A stretch of 64,000 bases of DNA. It comes from Octopus vulgaris (lineage: Eukaryota). Shown one piece after another: positions 12,901-27,900 of this stretch. The notes below the pieces were generated by a model, which saw only the letters and a program-made list of their open reading frames with translations, ran no database searches and was not told the origin of the DNA. The stretch's first letter is position 1. Every line of letters begins with the position of its first letter. Location of the stretch: assembly GCA_951406725.2 (NCBI GenBank), contig OX597836.1, positions 38,068,001-38,132,000 on the forward strand, given 5' to 3'. The position numbers and the translations under genes were made by a program.

Positions 12901-15900
12901 TCGTCGTTCCTTTGAATGGGGTGAACGTCTTGAGGTTGTAGCGTTTTCAGTTGTAAATGTTTGCTGTTTTGCACCTCATCTGTTTCCTTAGTGATCTGTT
13001 TACACAGCTGTGCAAGCTGCGATTCTTGTTTACCTGGTTGATATTTTTGTAAATTCTTTATTGTGTGTTTGAATTTCTCTAGTGTTTAATATCAATGCTC
13101 TTTGTTTTCTGTACATTTGATTTGATATCTGCTGATGCAGTGAAATGGAGTATGAGTTGTTTTGGTGTTATTCATTGAATCTAACAGAGCGATAATTGAC
13201 TTTAAACAATAATTTTCATCGCCATGATTGTGATGTCACGTGTGTGTATATGCAGCAATGAATGCATGTAGAAACAATTGCGTAGTTCTGAAGTATTCCT
13301 GTTTGTCGTTTACATGGACACAGTGTGTGAATTGTCTGAAAGGACAGAAAAAGTGTGAAAATATGGTGAGTTAATTCACAAGAAACATGATGGGAAAAAG
13401 AAATACTTATGAATAAATGCTGGTTTAATGAGCAATCTGATATATGCTCCACGTGAGACAATTTAAATGATAAGTATGTCGTGAAAGTTATTGAAATTTA
13501 AGCATTGTGCTGTGTTTTGACAAGCGGCATTACTTTTTGCGCTTGGATATTTATAGTTTTTCGTGTATTTGAAAGATTATGCTTGATTACGACATTGTAA
13601 AAGAATAATGAAAGTTGTTTCTGGTGTTTTCGATATTGTCGATGTTACGTAGGTTTGGTTTTTTATAAATCTGTTGTGTTTTTTTGCTGAAATTTCTATG
13701 GAATATTGTTTTAGTGAAATTAAGTTGTTTTATATAGAAAATTGATTGTCACTATGTATGTATGAGCAGAATAATAATTATCGGAATGTAGGAACTGACG
13801 ATTAATTTGAAATTCCTCTTGCCATTTTGCACTTTTCAGTAAAGTCCACAGAAACGATTGTCGATCGAAAGCCACCCGGTAAGACATTTCGAACGTATTG
13901 ATTTTGGTTTTGTTACCTAGTGTAAAAGAAGGCAGGGCCCGTGTAGAAATGTAATTACAATTACTAAAGGGAATGAGACCTAATTAAAGGAATGTATTTG
14001 TTAGTGGTCTTTAGCTTGTGCGATTAATGTTTATAGGTGTATAGGTGTTGATGTTCAATGAACCACTATATTGAATTATTATGTATGCGTCAGTGTTAAT
14101 TGATGGCTGCCTCCTTTTTGTTTAGGTCGTTGCAATACTGCTGAATCAGACATTGTGTTCGTTCTGGATTCTTCAACTAGCGTTACTGATGCAAACTTCA
14201 AGAAAATATTAGCTTTCATGAAAGATTTTCTGTCGGATGCTAGTATTGACTCGGGTAATGTTCGAGTGGGGGCAGTGATTTATAGCACTGATGTAGAGGT
14301 GCAGTTTCATTTGAATCGCTACAGTTCCAAGCGTGATATCCTCGATGCTGTTGACAACATTGCCTATGTGTATGGAAGCACAAATACATATGGAGGTCTG
14401 CACACAGCCAGAACACAGATGTTCACTGCAGAAAATGGTGACAGAGCCGGTGTTCCTAACATCATTTTCCTCATAACTGATGGCGTTTCCAACGTCAATG
14501 CTTTGCAAACGATACCAGAAGCGGAGGCTATTCGTGCAGAAAACATCCATATTTACGCTATAGGTATAGGCCTTGCAGAAACTACAGAACTCGACAAAAT
14601 TGCATCATCTCCAGCAAGCGCTAACAGTTTCACTGTGGAAGATTTTAATGAGCTTCAAGGCTTAAAACACACGATATTTGAATCTTACTGTCCCGGTACG
14701 TATATCTCGAAGAATATTACACCTGTCATCGTCCTCGTTGAAGTTGTCGTCGTTCCTTTGAATGGGGTGAACGTCTTGAGGTTGTAGCGTTTTCAGTTGT
14801 AAATGTTTGCTGTTTTGCACCTCATCTGTTTCCTTAGTGATCTGTTTACACAGCTGTGCAAGCTGCGATTCTTGTTTACCTGGTTGATATTTTTGTAAAT
14901 TCTTTATTGTGTGTTTGAATTTCTCTAGTGTTTAATATCAATGCTCTTTGTTTTCTGTACATTTGATTTGATATCTGCTGATGCAGTGAAATGGAGTATG
15001 AGTTGTTTTGGTGTTATTCATTGAATCTAACAGAGCGATAATTGACTTTAAACAATAATTTTCATCGCCATGATTGTGATGTCACGTGTGTGTATATGCA
15101 GCAATGAATGCATGTAGAAACAATTGCGTAGTTCTGAAGTATTCCTGTTTGTCGTTTACATGGACACAGTGTGTGAATTGTCTGAAAGGACAGAAAAAGT
15201 GTGAAAATATGGTGAGTTAATTCACAAGAAACATGATGGGAAAAAGAAATACTTATGAATAAATGCTGGTTTAATGAGCAATCTGATATATGCTCCACGT
15301 GAGACAATTTAAATGATAAGTATGTCGTGAAAGTTATTGAAATTTAAGCATTGTGCTGTGTTTTGACAAGCGGCATTACTTTTTGCGCTTGGATATTTAT
15401 AGTTTTTCGTGTATTTGAAAGATTATGCTTGATTACGACATTGTAAAAGAATAATGAAAGTTGTTTCTGGTGTTTTCGATATTGTCGATGTTACGTAGGT
15501 TTGGTTTTTTATAAATCTGTTGTGTTTTTTTGCTGAAATTTCTATGGAATATTGTTTTAGTGAAATTAAGTTGTTTTATATAGAAAATTGATTGTCACTA
15601 TGTATGTATGAGCAGAATAATAATTATCGGAATGTAGGAACTGACGATTAATTTGAAATTCCTCTTGCCATTTTGCACTTTTCAGTAAAGTCCACAGAAA
15701 CGATTGTCGATCGAAAGCCACCCGGTAAGACATTTCGAACGTATTGATTTTGGTTTTGTTACCTAGTGTAAAAGAAGGCAGGGCCCGTGTAGAAATGTAA
15801 TTACAATTACTAAAGGGAATGAGACCTAATTAAAGGAATGTATTTGTTAGTGGTCTTTAGCTTGTGCGATTAATGTTTATAGGTGTATAGGTGTTGATGT

Positions 15901-18900
15901 TCAATGAACCACTATATTGAATTATTATGTATGCGTCAGTGTTAATTGATGGCTGCCTCCTTTTTGTTTAGGTCGTTGCAATACTGCTGAATCAGACATT
16001 GTGTTCGTTCTGGATTCTTCAACTAGCGTTACTGATGCAAACTTCAAGAAAATATTAGCTTTCATGAAAGATTTTCTGTCGGATGCTAGTATTGACTCGG
16101 GTAATGTTCGAGTGGGGGCAGTGATTTATAGCACTGATGTAGAGGTGCAGTTTCATTTGAATCGCTACAGTTCCAAGCGTGATATCCTCGATGCTGTTGA
16201 CAACATTGCCTATGTGTATGGAAGCACAAATACATATGGAGGTCTGCACACAGCCAGAACACAGATGTTCACTGCAGAAAATGGTGACAGAGCCGGTGTT
16301 CCTAACATCATTTTCCTCATAACTGATGGCGTTTCCAACGTCAATGCTTTGCAAACGATACCAGAAGCGGAGGCTATTCGTGCAGAAAACATCCATATTT
16401 ACGCTATAGGTATAGGCCTTGCAGAAACTACAGAACTCGACAAAATTGCATCATCTCCAGCAAGCGCTAACAGTTTCACTGTGGAAGATTTTAATGAGCT
16501 TCAAGGCTTAAAACACACGATATTTGAATCTTACTGTCCCGGTACGTATATCTCGAAGAATATTACACCTGTCATCGTCCTCGTCGAAGTTGTCGTCGTT
16601 CCTTTGAATGGGGTGAACGTCTTGAGGTTGTAGCGTTTTCAGTTGTAAATGTTTGCTGTTTTGCACCTCATCTGTTTCCTTAGTGATCTGTTTACACAGC
16701 TGTGCAAGCTGCGATTCTTGTTTACCTGGTTGATATTTTTGTAAATTCTTTATTGTGTGTTTGAATTTCTCTAGTGTTTAATATCAATGCTCTTTGTTTT
16801 CTGTACATTTGATTTGATATCTGCTGATGCAGTGAAATGGAGTATGAGTTGTTTTGGTGTTATTCATTGAATCTAACAGAGCGATAATTGACTTTAAACA
16901 ATAATTTTCATCGCCATGATTGTGATGTCACGTGTGTGTATATGCAGCAATGAATGCATGTAGAAACAATTGCGTAGTTCTGAAGTATTCCTGTTTGTCG
17001 TTTACATGGACACAGTGTGTGAATTGTCTGAAAGGACAGAAAAAGTGTGAAAATATGGTGAGTTAATTCACAAGAAACATGATGAGAAAAAGAAATACTT
17101 ATGAATAAATGCTGGTTTAATGAGCAATCTGATATATGCTCCACGTGAGACAATTTAAATGATAAGTATGTCGTGAAAGTTATTGAAATTTAAGCATTGT
17201 GCTGTGTTTTGACAAGCGGCATTACTTTTTGCGCTTGGATATTTATAGTTTTTCGTGTATTTGAAAGATTATGCTTGATTACGACATTGTAAAAGAATAA
17301 TGAAAGTTGTTTCTGGTGTTTTCGATATTGTCGATGTTACGTAGGTTTGGTTTTTTATAAATCTGTTGTGTTTTTTTGCTGAAATTTCTATGGAATATTG
17401 TTTTAGTGAAATTAAGTTGTTTTATATAGAAAATTGATTGTCACTATGTATGTATGTATGTAAGAGCAGAATAATAATTATCGGAATGTAGGAACTGACG
17501 ATTAATTTGAAATTCCTCTTGCCATTTTGCACTTTTCAGTAAAGTCCACAGAAACGATTGTCGATCGAAAGCCACCCGGTAAGACATTTCGAACGTATTG
17601 ATTTTGGTTTTGTTACCTAGTGTAAAAGAAGGCAGGGCCCGTGTAGAAATGTAATTACAATTACTAAAGGGAATGAGACCTAATTAAAGGAATGTATTTG
17701 TTAGTGGTCTTTAGCTTGTGCGATTAATGTTTATAGGTGTATAGGTGTTGATGTTCAATGAACCACTATATTGAATTATTATGTATGCGTCAGTGTTAAT
17801 TGATGGCTGCCTCCTTTTTGTTTAGGTCGTTGCAATACTGCTGAATCAGACATTGTGTTCGTTCTGGATTCTTCAACTAGCGTTACTGATGCAAACTTCA
17901 AGAAAATATTAGCTTTCATGAAAGATTTTCTGTCGGATGCTAGTATTGACTCGGGTAATGTTCGAGTGGGGGCAGTGATTTATAGCACTGATGTAGAGGT
18001 GCAGTTTCATTTGAATCGCTACAGTTCCAAGCGTGATATCCTCGATGCTGTTGACAACATTGCCTATGTGTATGGAAGCACAAATACATATGGAGGTCTG
18101 CACACAGCCAGAACACAGATGTTCACTGCAGAAAATGGTGACAGAGCCGGTGTTCCTAACATCATTTTCCTCATAACTGATGGCGTTTCCAACGTCAATG
18201 CTTTGCAAACGATACCAGAAGCGGAGGCTATTCGTGCAGAAAACATCCATATTTACGCTATAGGTATAGGCCTTGCAGAAACTACAGAACTCGACAAAAT
18301 TGCATCATCTCCAGCAAGCGCTAACAGTTTCACTGTGGAAGATTTTAATGAGCTTCAAGGCTTAAAACACACGATATTTGAATCTTACTGTCCCGGTACG
18401 TATATCTCGAAGAATATTACACCTGTCATCGTCCTCGTCGAAGTTGTCGTCGTTCCTTTGAATGGGGTGAACGTCTTGAGGTTGTAGCGTTTTCAGTTGT
18501 AAATGTTTGCTGTTTTGCACCTCATCTGTTTCCTTAGTGATCTGTTTACACAGCTGTGCAAGCTGCGATTCTTGTTTACCTGGTTGATATTTTTGTAAAT
18601 TCTTTATTGTGTGTTTGAATTTCTCTAGTGTTTAATATCAATGCTCTTTGTTTTCTGTACATTTGATTTGATATCTGCTGATGCAGTGAAATGGAGTATG
18701 AGTTGTTTTGGTGTTATTCATTGAATCTAACAGAGCGATAATTGACTTTAAACAATAATTTTCATCGCCATGATTGTGATGTCACGTGTGTGTATATGCA
18801 GCAATGAATGCATGTAGAAACAATTGCGTAGTTCTGAAGTATTCCTGTTTGTCGTTTACATGGACACAGTGTGTGAATTGTCTGAAAGGACAGAAAAAGT

Positions 18901-21900
18901 GTGAAAATATGGTGAGTTAATTCACAAGAAACATGATGAGAAAAAGAAATACTTATGAATAAATGCTGGTTTAATGAGCCATCTGATATATGCTCCACGT
19001 GAGACAATTTAAATGATAAGTATGTCGTGAAAGTTATTGAAATTTAAGCATTGTGCTGTGTTTTAACAAGCGGCATTACTTTTTGCGCTTGGATATTTAC
19101 AGTTTTTCGTGTATTTGAAAGATTATGCTTGATTACGACATTGTAAAAGAATAATGAAAGTTGTTTCTGGTGTTTTCGATATTGTCGATGTTACGTAGGT
19201 TTGGTTTTTTATAAATCTGTTGTGTTTTTTTGCTGAAATTTCTATGGAATATTGTTTTAGTGAAATTAAGTTGTTTTATATAGAAAATTGATTGTCACTA
19301 TGTATGTATGAGCAGAATAATAATTATCGGAATGTAGGAACTGACGATTAATTTGAAATTCCTCTTGCCATTTTGCACTTTTCAGTAAAGTCCACAGAAA
19401 CGATTGTCGATCGAAAGCCACCCGGTAAGACATTTCGAACGTATTGATTTTGGTTTTGTTACCTAGTGTAAAAGAAGGCAGGGCCCGTGTAGAAATGTAA
19501 TTACAATTACTAAAGGGAATGAGACCTAATTAAAGGAATGTATTTGTTAGTGGTCTTTAGCTTGTGCGATTAATGTTTATAGGTGTATAGGTGTTGATGT
19601 TCAATGAACCACTATATTGAATTATTATGTATGCGTCAGTGTTAATTGATGGCTGCCTCCTTTTTGTTTAGGTCGTTGCAATACTGCTGAATCAGACATT
19701 GTGTTCGTTCTGGATTCTTCAACTAGCGTTACTGATGCAAACTTCAAGAAAATATTAGCTTTCATGAAAGATTTTCTGTCGGATGCTAGTATTGACTCGG
19801 GTAATGTTCGAGTGGGGGCAGTGATTTATAGCACTGATGTAGAGGTGCAGTTTCATTTGAATCGCTACAGTTCCAAGCGTGATATCCTCGATGCTGTTGA
19901 CAACATTGCCTATGTGTATGGAAGCACAAATACATATGGAGGTCTGCACACAGCCAGAACACAGATGTTCACTGCAGAAAATGGTGACAGAGCCGGTGTT
20001 CCTAACATCATTTTCCTCATAACTGATGGCGTTTCCAACGTCAATGCTTTGCAAACGATACCAGAAGCGGAGGCTATTCGTGCAGAAAACATCCATATTT
20101 ACGCTATAGGTATAGGCCTTGCAGAAACTACAGAACTCGACAAAATTGCATCATCTCCAGCAAGCGCTAACAGTTTCACTGTGGAAGATTTTAATGAGCT
20201 TCAAGGCTTAAAACACACGATATTTGAATCTTACTGTCCCGGTACGTATATCTCGAAGAATATTACACCTGTCATCGTCCTCGTCGAAGTTGTCGTCGTT
20301 CCTTTGAATGGGGTGAACGTCTTGAGGTTGTAGCGTTTTCAGTTGTAAATGTTTGCTGTTTTGCACCTCATCTGTTTCCTTAGTGATCTGTTTACACAGC
20401 TGTGCAAGCTGCGATTCTTGTTTACCTGGTTGATATTTTTGTAAATTCTTTATTGTGTGTTTGAATTTCTCTAGTGTTTAATATCAATGCTCTTTGTTTT
20501 CTGTACATTTGATTTGATATCTGCTGATGCAGTGAAATGGAGTATGAGTTGTTTTGGTGTTATTCATTGAATCTAACAGAGCGATAATTGACTTTAAACA
20601 ATAATTTTCATCGCCATGATTGTGATGTCACGTGTGTGTATATGCAGCAATGAATGCATGTAGAAACAATTGCGTAGTTCTGAAGTATTCCTGTTTGTCG
20701 TTTACATGGACACAGTGTGTGAATTGTCTGAAAGGACAGAAAAAGTGTGAAAATATGGTGAGTTAATTCACAAGAAACATGATGGGAAAAAGAAATACTT
20801 ATGAATAAATGCTGGTTTAATGAGCAATCTGATATATGCTCCACGTGAGACAATTTAAATGATAAGTATGTCGTGAAAGTTATTGAAATTTAAGCATTGT
20901 GCTGTGTTTTGACAAGCGGCATTACTTTTTGCGCTTGGATATTTATAGTTTTTCGTGTATTTGAAAGATTATGCTTGATTACGACATTGTAAAAGAATAA
21001 TGAAAGTTGTTTCTGGTGTTTTCGATATTGTCGATGTTACGTAGGTTTGGTTTTTTATAAATCTGTTGTGTTTTTTTGCTGAAATTTCTATGGAATATTG
21101 TTTTAGTGAAATTAAGTTGTTTTATATAGAAAATTGATTGTCACTATGTATGTATGTATGTAAGAGCAGAATAATAATTATCGGAATGTAGGAACTGACG
21201 ATTAATTTGAAATTCCTCTTGCCATTTTGCACTTTTCAGTAAAGTCCACAGAAACGATTGTCGATCGAAAGCCACCCGGTAAGACATTTCGAACGTATTG
21301 ATTTTGGTTTTGTTACCTAGTGTAAAAGAAGGCAGGGCCCGTGTAGAAATGTAATTACAATTACTAAAGGGAATGAGACCTAATTAAAGGAATGTATTTG
21401 TTAGTGGTCTTTAGCTTGTGCGATTAATGTTTATAGGTGTATAGGTGTTGATGTTCAATGAACCACTATATTGAATTATTATGTATGCGTCAGTGTTAAT
21501 TGATGGCTGCCTCCTTTTTGTTTAGGTCGTTGCAATACTGCTGAATCAGACATTGTGTTCGTTCTGGATTCTTCAACTAGCGTTACTGATGCAAACTTCA
21601 AGAAAATATTAGCTTTCATGAAAGATTTTCTGTCGGATGCTAGTATTGACTCGGGTAATGTTCGAGTGGGGGCAGTGATTTATAGCACTGATGTAGAGGT
21701 GCAGTTTCATTTGAATCGCTACAGTTCCAAGCGTGATATCCTCGATGCTGTTGACAACATTGCCTATGTGTATGGAAGCACAAATACATATGGAGGTCTG
21801 CACACAGCCAGAACACAGATGTTCACTGCAGAAAATGGTGACAGAGCCGGTGTTCCTAACATCATTTTCCTCATAACTGATGGCGTTTCCAACGTCAATG

Positions 21901-24900
21901 CTTTGCAAACGATACCAGAAGCGGAGGCTATTCGTGCAGAAAACATCCATATTTACGCTATAGGTATAGGCCTTGCAGAAACTACAGAACTCGACAAGAT
22001 TGCATCATCTCCAGCAAGCGCTAACAGTTTCACTGTGGAAGATTTTAATGAGCTTCAAGGCTTAAAACACACGATATTTGAATCTTACTGTCCCGGTACG
22101 TATATCTCGAAGAATATTACACCTGTCATCGTCCTCGTCGAAGTTGTCGTCGTTCCTTTGAATGGGGTGAACGTCTTGAGGTTGTAGCGTTTTCAGTTGT
22201 AAATGTTTGCTGTTTTGCACCTCATCTGTTTCCTTAGTGATCTGTTTACACAGCTGTGCAAGCTGCGATTCTTGTTTACCTGGTTGATATTTTTGTAAAT
22301 TCTTTATTGTGTGTTTGAATTTCTCTAGTGTTTAATATCAATGCTCTTTGTTTTCTGTACATTTGATTTGATATCTGCTGATGCAGTGAAATGGAGTATG
22401 AGTTGTTTTGGTGTTATTCATTGAATCTAACAGAGCGATAATTGACTTTAAACAATAATTTTCATTGCCATGATTGTGATGTCACGTGTGTGTATATGCA
22501 GCAATGAATGCATGTAGAAACAATTGCGTAGTTCTGAAGTATTCCTGTTTGTCGTTTACATGGACACAGTGTGTGAATTGTCTGAAAGGACAGAAAAAGT
22601 GTGAAAATATGGTGAGTTAATTCACAAGAAACATGATGGGAAAAAGAAATACTTATGAATAAATGCTGGTTTAATGAGCAATCTGATATATGCTCCACGT
22701 GAGACAATTTAAATGATAAGTATGTCGGTGAAAGTTATTGAAATTTAAGCATTGTGCTGTGTTTTGACAAGCGGCATTACTTTTTGCGCTTGGATATTTA
22801 TAGTTTTTCGTGTATTTGAAAGATTATGCTTGATTACGACATTGTAAAAGAATAATGAAAGTTGTTTCTGGTGTTTTCGATATTGTCGATGTTACGTAGG
22901 TTTGGTTTTTTATAAATCTGTTGTGTTTTTTTGCTGAAATTTCTATGGAATATTGTTTTAGTGAAATTAAGTTGTTTTATATAGAAAATTGATTGTCACT
23001 ATGTATGTATGAGCAGAATAATAATTATCGGAATGTAGGAACTGACGATTAATTTGAAATTCCTCTTGCCATTTTGCACTTTTCAGTAAAGTCCACAGAA
23101 ACGATTGTCGATCGAAAGCCACCCGGTAAGACATTTCGAACGTATTGATTTTGGTTTTGTTACCTAGTGTAAAAGAAGGCAGGGCCCGTGTAGAAATGTA
23201 ATTACAATTACTAAAGGGAATGAGACCTAATTAAAGGAATGTATTTGTTAGTGGTCTTTAGCTTGTGCGATTAATGTTTATAGGTGTATAGGTGTTGATG
23301 TTCAATGAACCACTATATTGAATTATTATGTATGCGTCAGTGTTAATTGATGGCTGCCTCCTTTTTGTTTAGGTCGTTGCAATACTGCTGAATCAGACAT
23401 TGTGTTCGTTCTGGATTCTTCAACTAGCGTTACTGATGCAAACTTCAAGAAAATATTAGCTTTCATGAAAGATTTTCTGTCGGATGCTAGTATTGACTCG
23501 GGTAATGTTCGAGTGGGGGCAGTGATTTATAGCACTGATGTAGAGGTGCAGTTTCATTTGAATCGCTACAGTTCCAAGCGTGATATCCTCGATGCTGTTG
23601 ACAACATTGCCTATGTGTATGGAAGCACAAATACATATGGAGGTCTGCACACAGCCAGAACACAGATGTTCACTGCAGAAAATGGTGACAGAGCCGGTGT
23701 TCCTAACATCATTTTCCTCATAACTGATGGCGTTTCCAACGTCAATGCTTTGCAAACGATACCAGAAGCGGAGGCTATTCGTGCAGAAAACATCCATATT
23801 TACGCTATAGGTATAGGCCTTGCAGAAACTACAGAACTCGACAAAATTGCATCATCTCCAGCAAGCGCTAACAGTTTCACTGTGGAAGATTTTAATGAGC
23901 TTCAAGGCTTAAAACACACGATATTTGAATCTTACTGTCCCGGTACGTATATCTCGAAGAATATTACACCTGTCATCGTCCTCGTCGAAGTTGTCGTCGT
24001 TCCTTTGAATGGGGTGAACGTCTTGAGGTTGTAGCGTTTTCAGTTGTAAATGTTTGCTGTTTTGCACCTCATCTGTTTCCTTAGTGATCTGTTTACACAG
24101 CTGTGCAAGCTGCGATTCTTGTTTACCTGGTTGATATTTTTGTAAATTCTTTATTGTGTGTTTGAATTTCTCTAGTGTTTAATATCAATGCTCTTTGTTT
24201 TCTGTACATTTGATTTGATATCTGCTGATGCAGTGAAATGGAGTATGAGTTGTTTTGGTGTTATTCATTGAATCTAACAGAGCGATAATTGACTTTAAAC
24301 AATAATTTTCATCGCCATGATTGTGATGTCACGTGTGTGTATATGCAGCAATGAATGCATGTAGAAACAATTGCGTAGTTCTGAAGTATTCCTGTTTGTC
24401 GTTTACATGGACACAGTGTGTGAATTGTCTGAAAGGACAGAAAAAGTGTGAAAATATGGTGAGTTAATTCACAAGAAACATGATGGAAAAAAGAAATACT
24501 TATGAATAAATGCTGGTTTAATGAGCAATCTGATATATGCTCCACGTGAGACAATTTAAATGATAAGTATGTCGTGAAAGTTATTGAAATTTAAGCATTG
24601 TGCTGTGTTTTGACAAGCGGCATTACTTTTTGCGCTTGGATATTTACAGTTTTTCGTGTATTTGAAAGATTATGCTTGATTACGACATTGTAAAAGAATA
24701 ATGAAAGTTGTTTCTGGTGTTTTGATATTGTCGATGTTACGTAGGTTTGGTTTTTTATAAATCTGTTGTGTTTTTTTGCTGAAATTTCTATGGAATATTG
24801 TTTTAGTGAAATTAAGTTGTTTTATATAGAAAATTGATTGTCACTATGTATGTATGAGCAGAATAATAATTATCGGAATGTAGGAACTGACGATTAATTT

Positions 24901-27900
24901 GAAATTCCTCTTGCCATTTTGCACTTTTCAGTAAAGTCCACAGAAACGATTGTCGATCGAAAGCCACCCGGTAAGACATTTCGAACGTATTGATTTTGGT
25001 TTTGTTACCTAGTGTAAAAGAAGGCAGGGCCCGTGTAGAAATGTAATTACAATTACTAAAGGGAATGAGACCTAATTAAAGGAATGTATTTGTTAGTGGT
25101 CTTTAGCTTGTGCGATTAATGTTTATAGGTGTATAGGTGTTGATGTTCAATGAACCACTATATTGAATTATTATGTATGCGTCAGTGTTAATTGATGGCT
25201 GCCTCCTTTTTGTTTAGGTCGTTGCAATACTGCTGAATCAGACATTGTGTTCGTTCTGGATTCTTCAACTAGCGTTACTGATGCAAACTTCAAGAAAATA
25301 TTAGCTTTCATGAAAGATTTTCTGTCGGATGCTAGTATTGACTCGGGTAATGTTCGAGTGGGGGCAGTGATTTATAGCACTGATGTAGAGGTGCAGTTTC
25401 ATTTGAATCGCTACAGTTCCAAGCGTGATATCCTCGATGCTGTTGACAACATTGCCTATGTGTATGGAAGCACAAATACATATGGAGGTCTGCACACAGC
25501 CAGAACACAGATGTTCACTGCAGAAAATGGTGACAGAGCCGGTGTTCCTAACATCATTTTCCTCATAACTGATGGCGTTTCCAACGTCAATGCTTTGCAA
25601 ACGATACCAGAAGCGGAGGCTATTCGTGCAGAAAACATCCATATTTACGCTATAGGTATAGGCCTTGCAGAAACTACAGAACTCGACAAGATTGCATCAT
25701 CTCCAGCAAGCGCTAACAGTTTCACTGTGGAAGATTTTAATGAGCTTCAAGGCTTAAAACACACGATATTTGAATCTTACTGTCCCGGTACGTATATCTC
25801 GAAGAATATTACACCTGTCATCGTCCTCGTCGAAGTTGTCGTCGTTCCTTTGAATGGGGTGAACGTCTTGAGGTTGTAGCGTTTTCAGTTGTAAATGTTT
25901 GCTGTTTTGCACCTCATCTGTTTCCTTAGTGATCTGTTTACACAGCTGTGCAAGCTGCGATTCTTGTTTACCTGGTTGATATTTTTGTAAATTCTTTATT
26001 GTGTGTTTGAATTTCTCTAGTGTTTAATATCAATGCTCTTTGTTTTCTGTACATTTGATTTGATATCTGCTGATGCAGTGAAATGGAGTATGAGTTGTTT
26101 TGGTGTTATTCATTGAATCTAACAGAGCGATAATTGACTTTAAACAATAATTTTCATCGCCATGATTGTGATGTCACGTGTGTGTATATGCAGCAATGAA
26201 TGCATGTAGAAACAATTGCGTAGTTCTGAAGTATTCCTGTTTGTCGTTTACATGGACACAGTGTGTGAATTGTCTGAAAGGACAGAAAAAGTGTGAAAAT
26301 ATGGTGAGTTAATTCACAAGAAACATGATGGGAAAAAGAAATACTTATGAATAAATGCTGGTTTAATGAGCAATCTGATATATGCTCCACGTGAGACAAT
26401 TTAAATGATAAGTATGTCGGTGAAAGTTATTGAAATTTAAGCATTGTGCTGTGTTTTAACAAGCGGCATTACTTTTTGCGCTTGGATATTTACAGTTTTT
26501 CGTGTATTTGAAAGATTATGCTTGATTACGACATTGTAAAAGAATAATGAAAGTTGTTTCTGGTGTTTTCGATATTGTCGATGTTACGTAGGTTTGGTTT
26601 TTTATAAATCTGTTGTGTTTTTTTGCTGAAATTTCTATGGAATATTGTTTTAGTGAAATTAAGTTGTTTTATATAGAAAATTGATTGTCACTATGTATGT
26701 ATGAGCAGAATAATAATTATCGGAATGTAGGAACTGACGATTAATTTGAAATTCCTCTTGCCATTTTGCACTTTTCAGTAAAGTCCACAGAAACGATTGT
26801 CGATCGAAAGCCACCCGGTAAGACATTTCGAACGTATTGATTTTGGTTTTGTTACCTAGTGTAAAAGAAGGCAGGGCCCGTGTAGAAATATAATTACAAT
26901 TACTAAAGGGAATGAGACCTAATTAAAGGAATGTATTTGTTAGTGGTCTTTAGCTTGTGCGATTAATGTTTATAGGTGTATAGGTGTTGATGTTCAATGA
27001 ACCACTATATTGAATTATTATGTATGCGTCAGTGTTAATTGATGGCTGCCTCCTTTTTGTTTAGGTCGTTGCAATACTGCTGAATCAGACATTGTGTTCG
27101 TTCTGGATTCTTCAACTAGCGTTACTGATGCAAACTTCAAGAAAATATTAGCTTTCATGAAAGATTTTCTGTCGGATGCTAGTATTGACTCGGGTAATGT
27201 TCGAGTGGGGGCAGTGATTTATAGCACTGATGTAGAGGTGCAGTTTCATTTGAATCGCTACAGTTCCAAGCGTGATATCCTCGATGCTGTTGACAACATT
27301 GCCTATGTGTATGGAAGCACAAATACATATGGAGGTCTGCACACAGCCAGAACACAGATGTTCACTGCAGAAAATGGTGACAGAGCCGGTGTTCCTAACA
27401 TCATTTTCCTCATAACTGATGGCGTTTCCAACGTCAATGCTTTGCAAACGATACCAGAAGCGGAGGCTATTCGTGCAGAAAACATCCATATTTACGCTAT
27501 AGGTATAGGCCTTGCAGAAACTACAGAACTCGACAAGATTGCATCATCTCCAGCAAGCGCTAACAGTTTCACTGTGGAAGATTTTAATGAGCTTCAAGGC
27601 TTAAAACACACGATATTTGAATCTTACTGTCCCGGTACGTATATCTCGAAGAATATTACACCTGTCATCGTCCTCGTCGAAGTTGTCGTCGTTCCTTTGA
27701 ATGGGGTGAACGTCTTGAGGTTGTAGCGTTTTCAGTTGTAAATGTTTGCTGTTTTGCACCTCATCTGTTTCCTTAGTGATCTGTTTACACAGCTGTGCAA
27801 GCTGCGATTCTTGTTTACCTGGTTGATATTTTTGTAAATTCTTTATTGTGTGTTTGAATTTCTCTAGTGTTTAATATCAATGCTCTTTGTTTTCTGTACA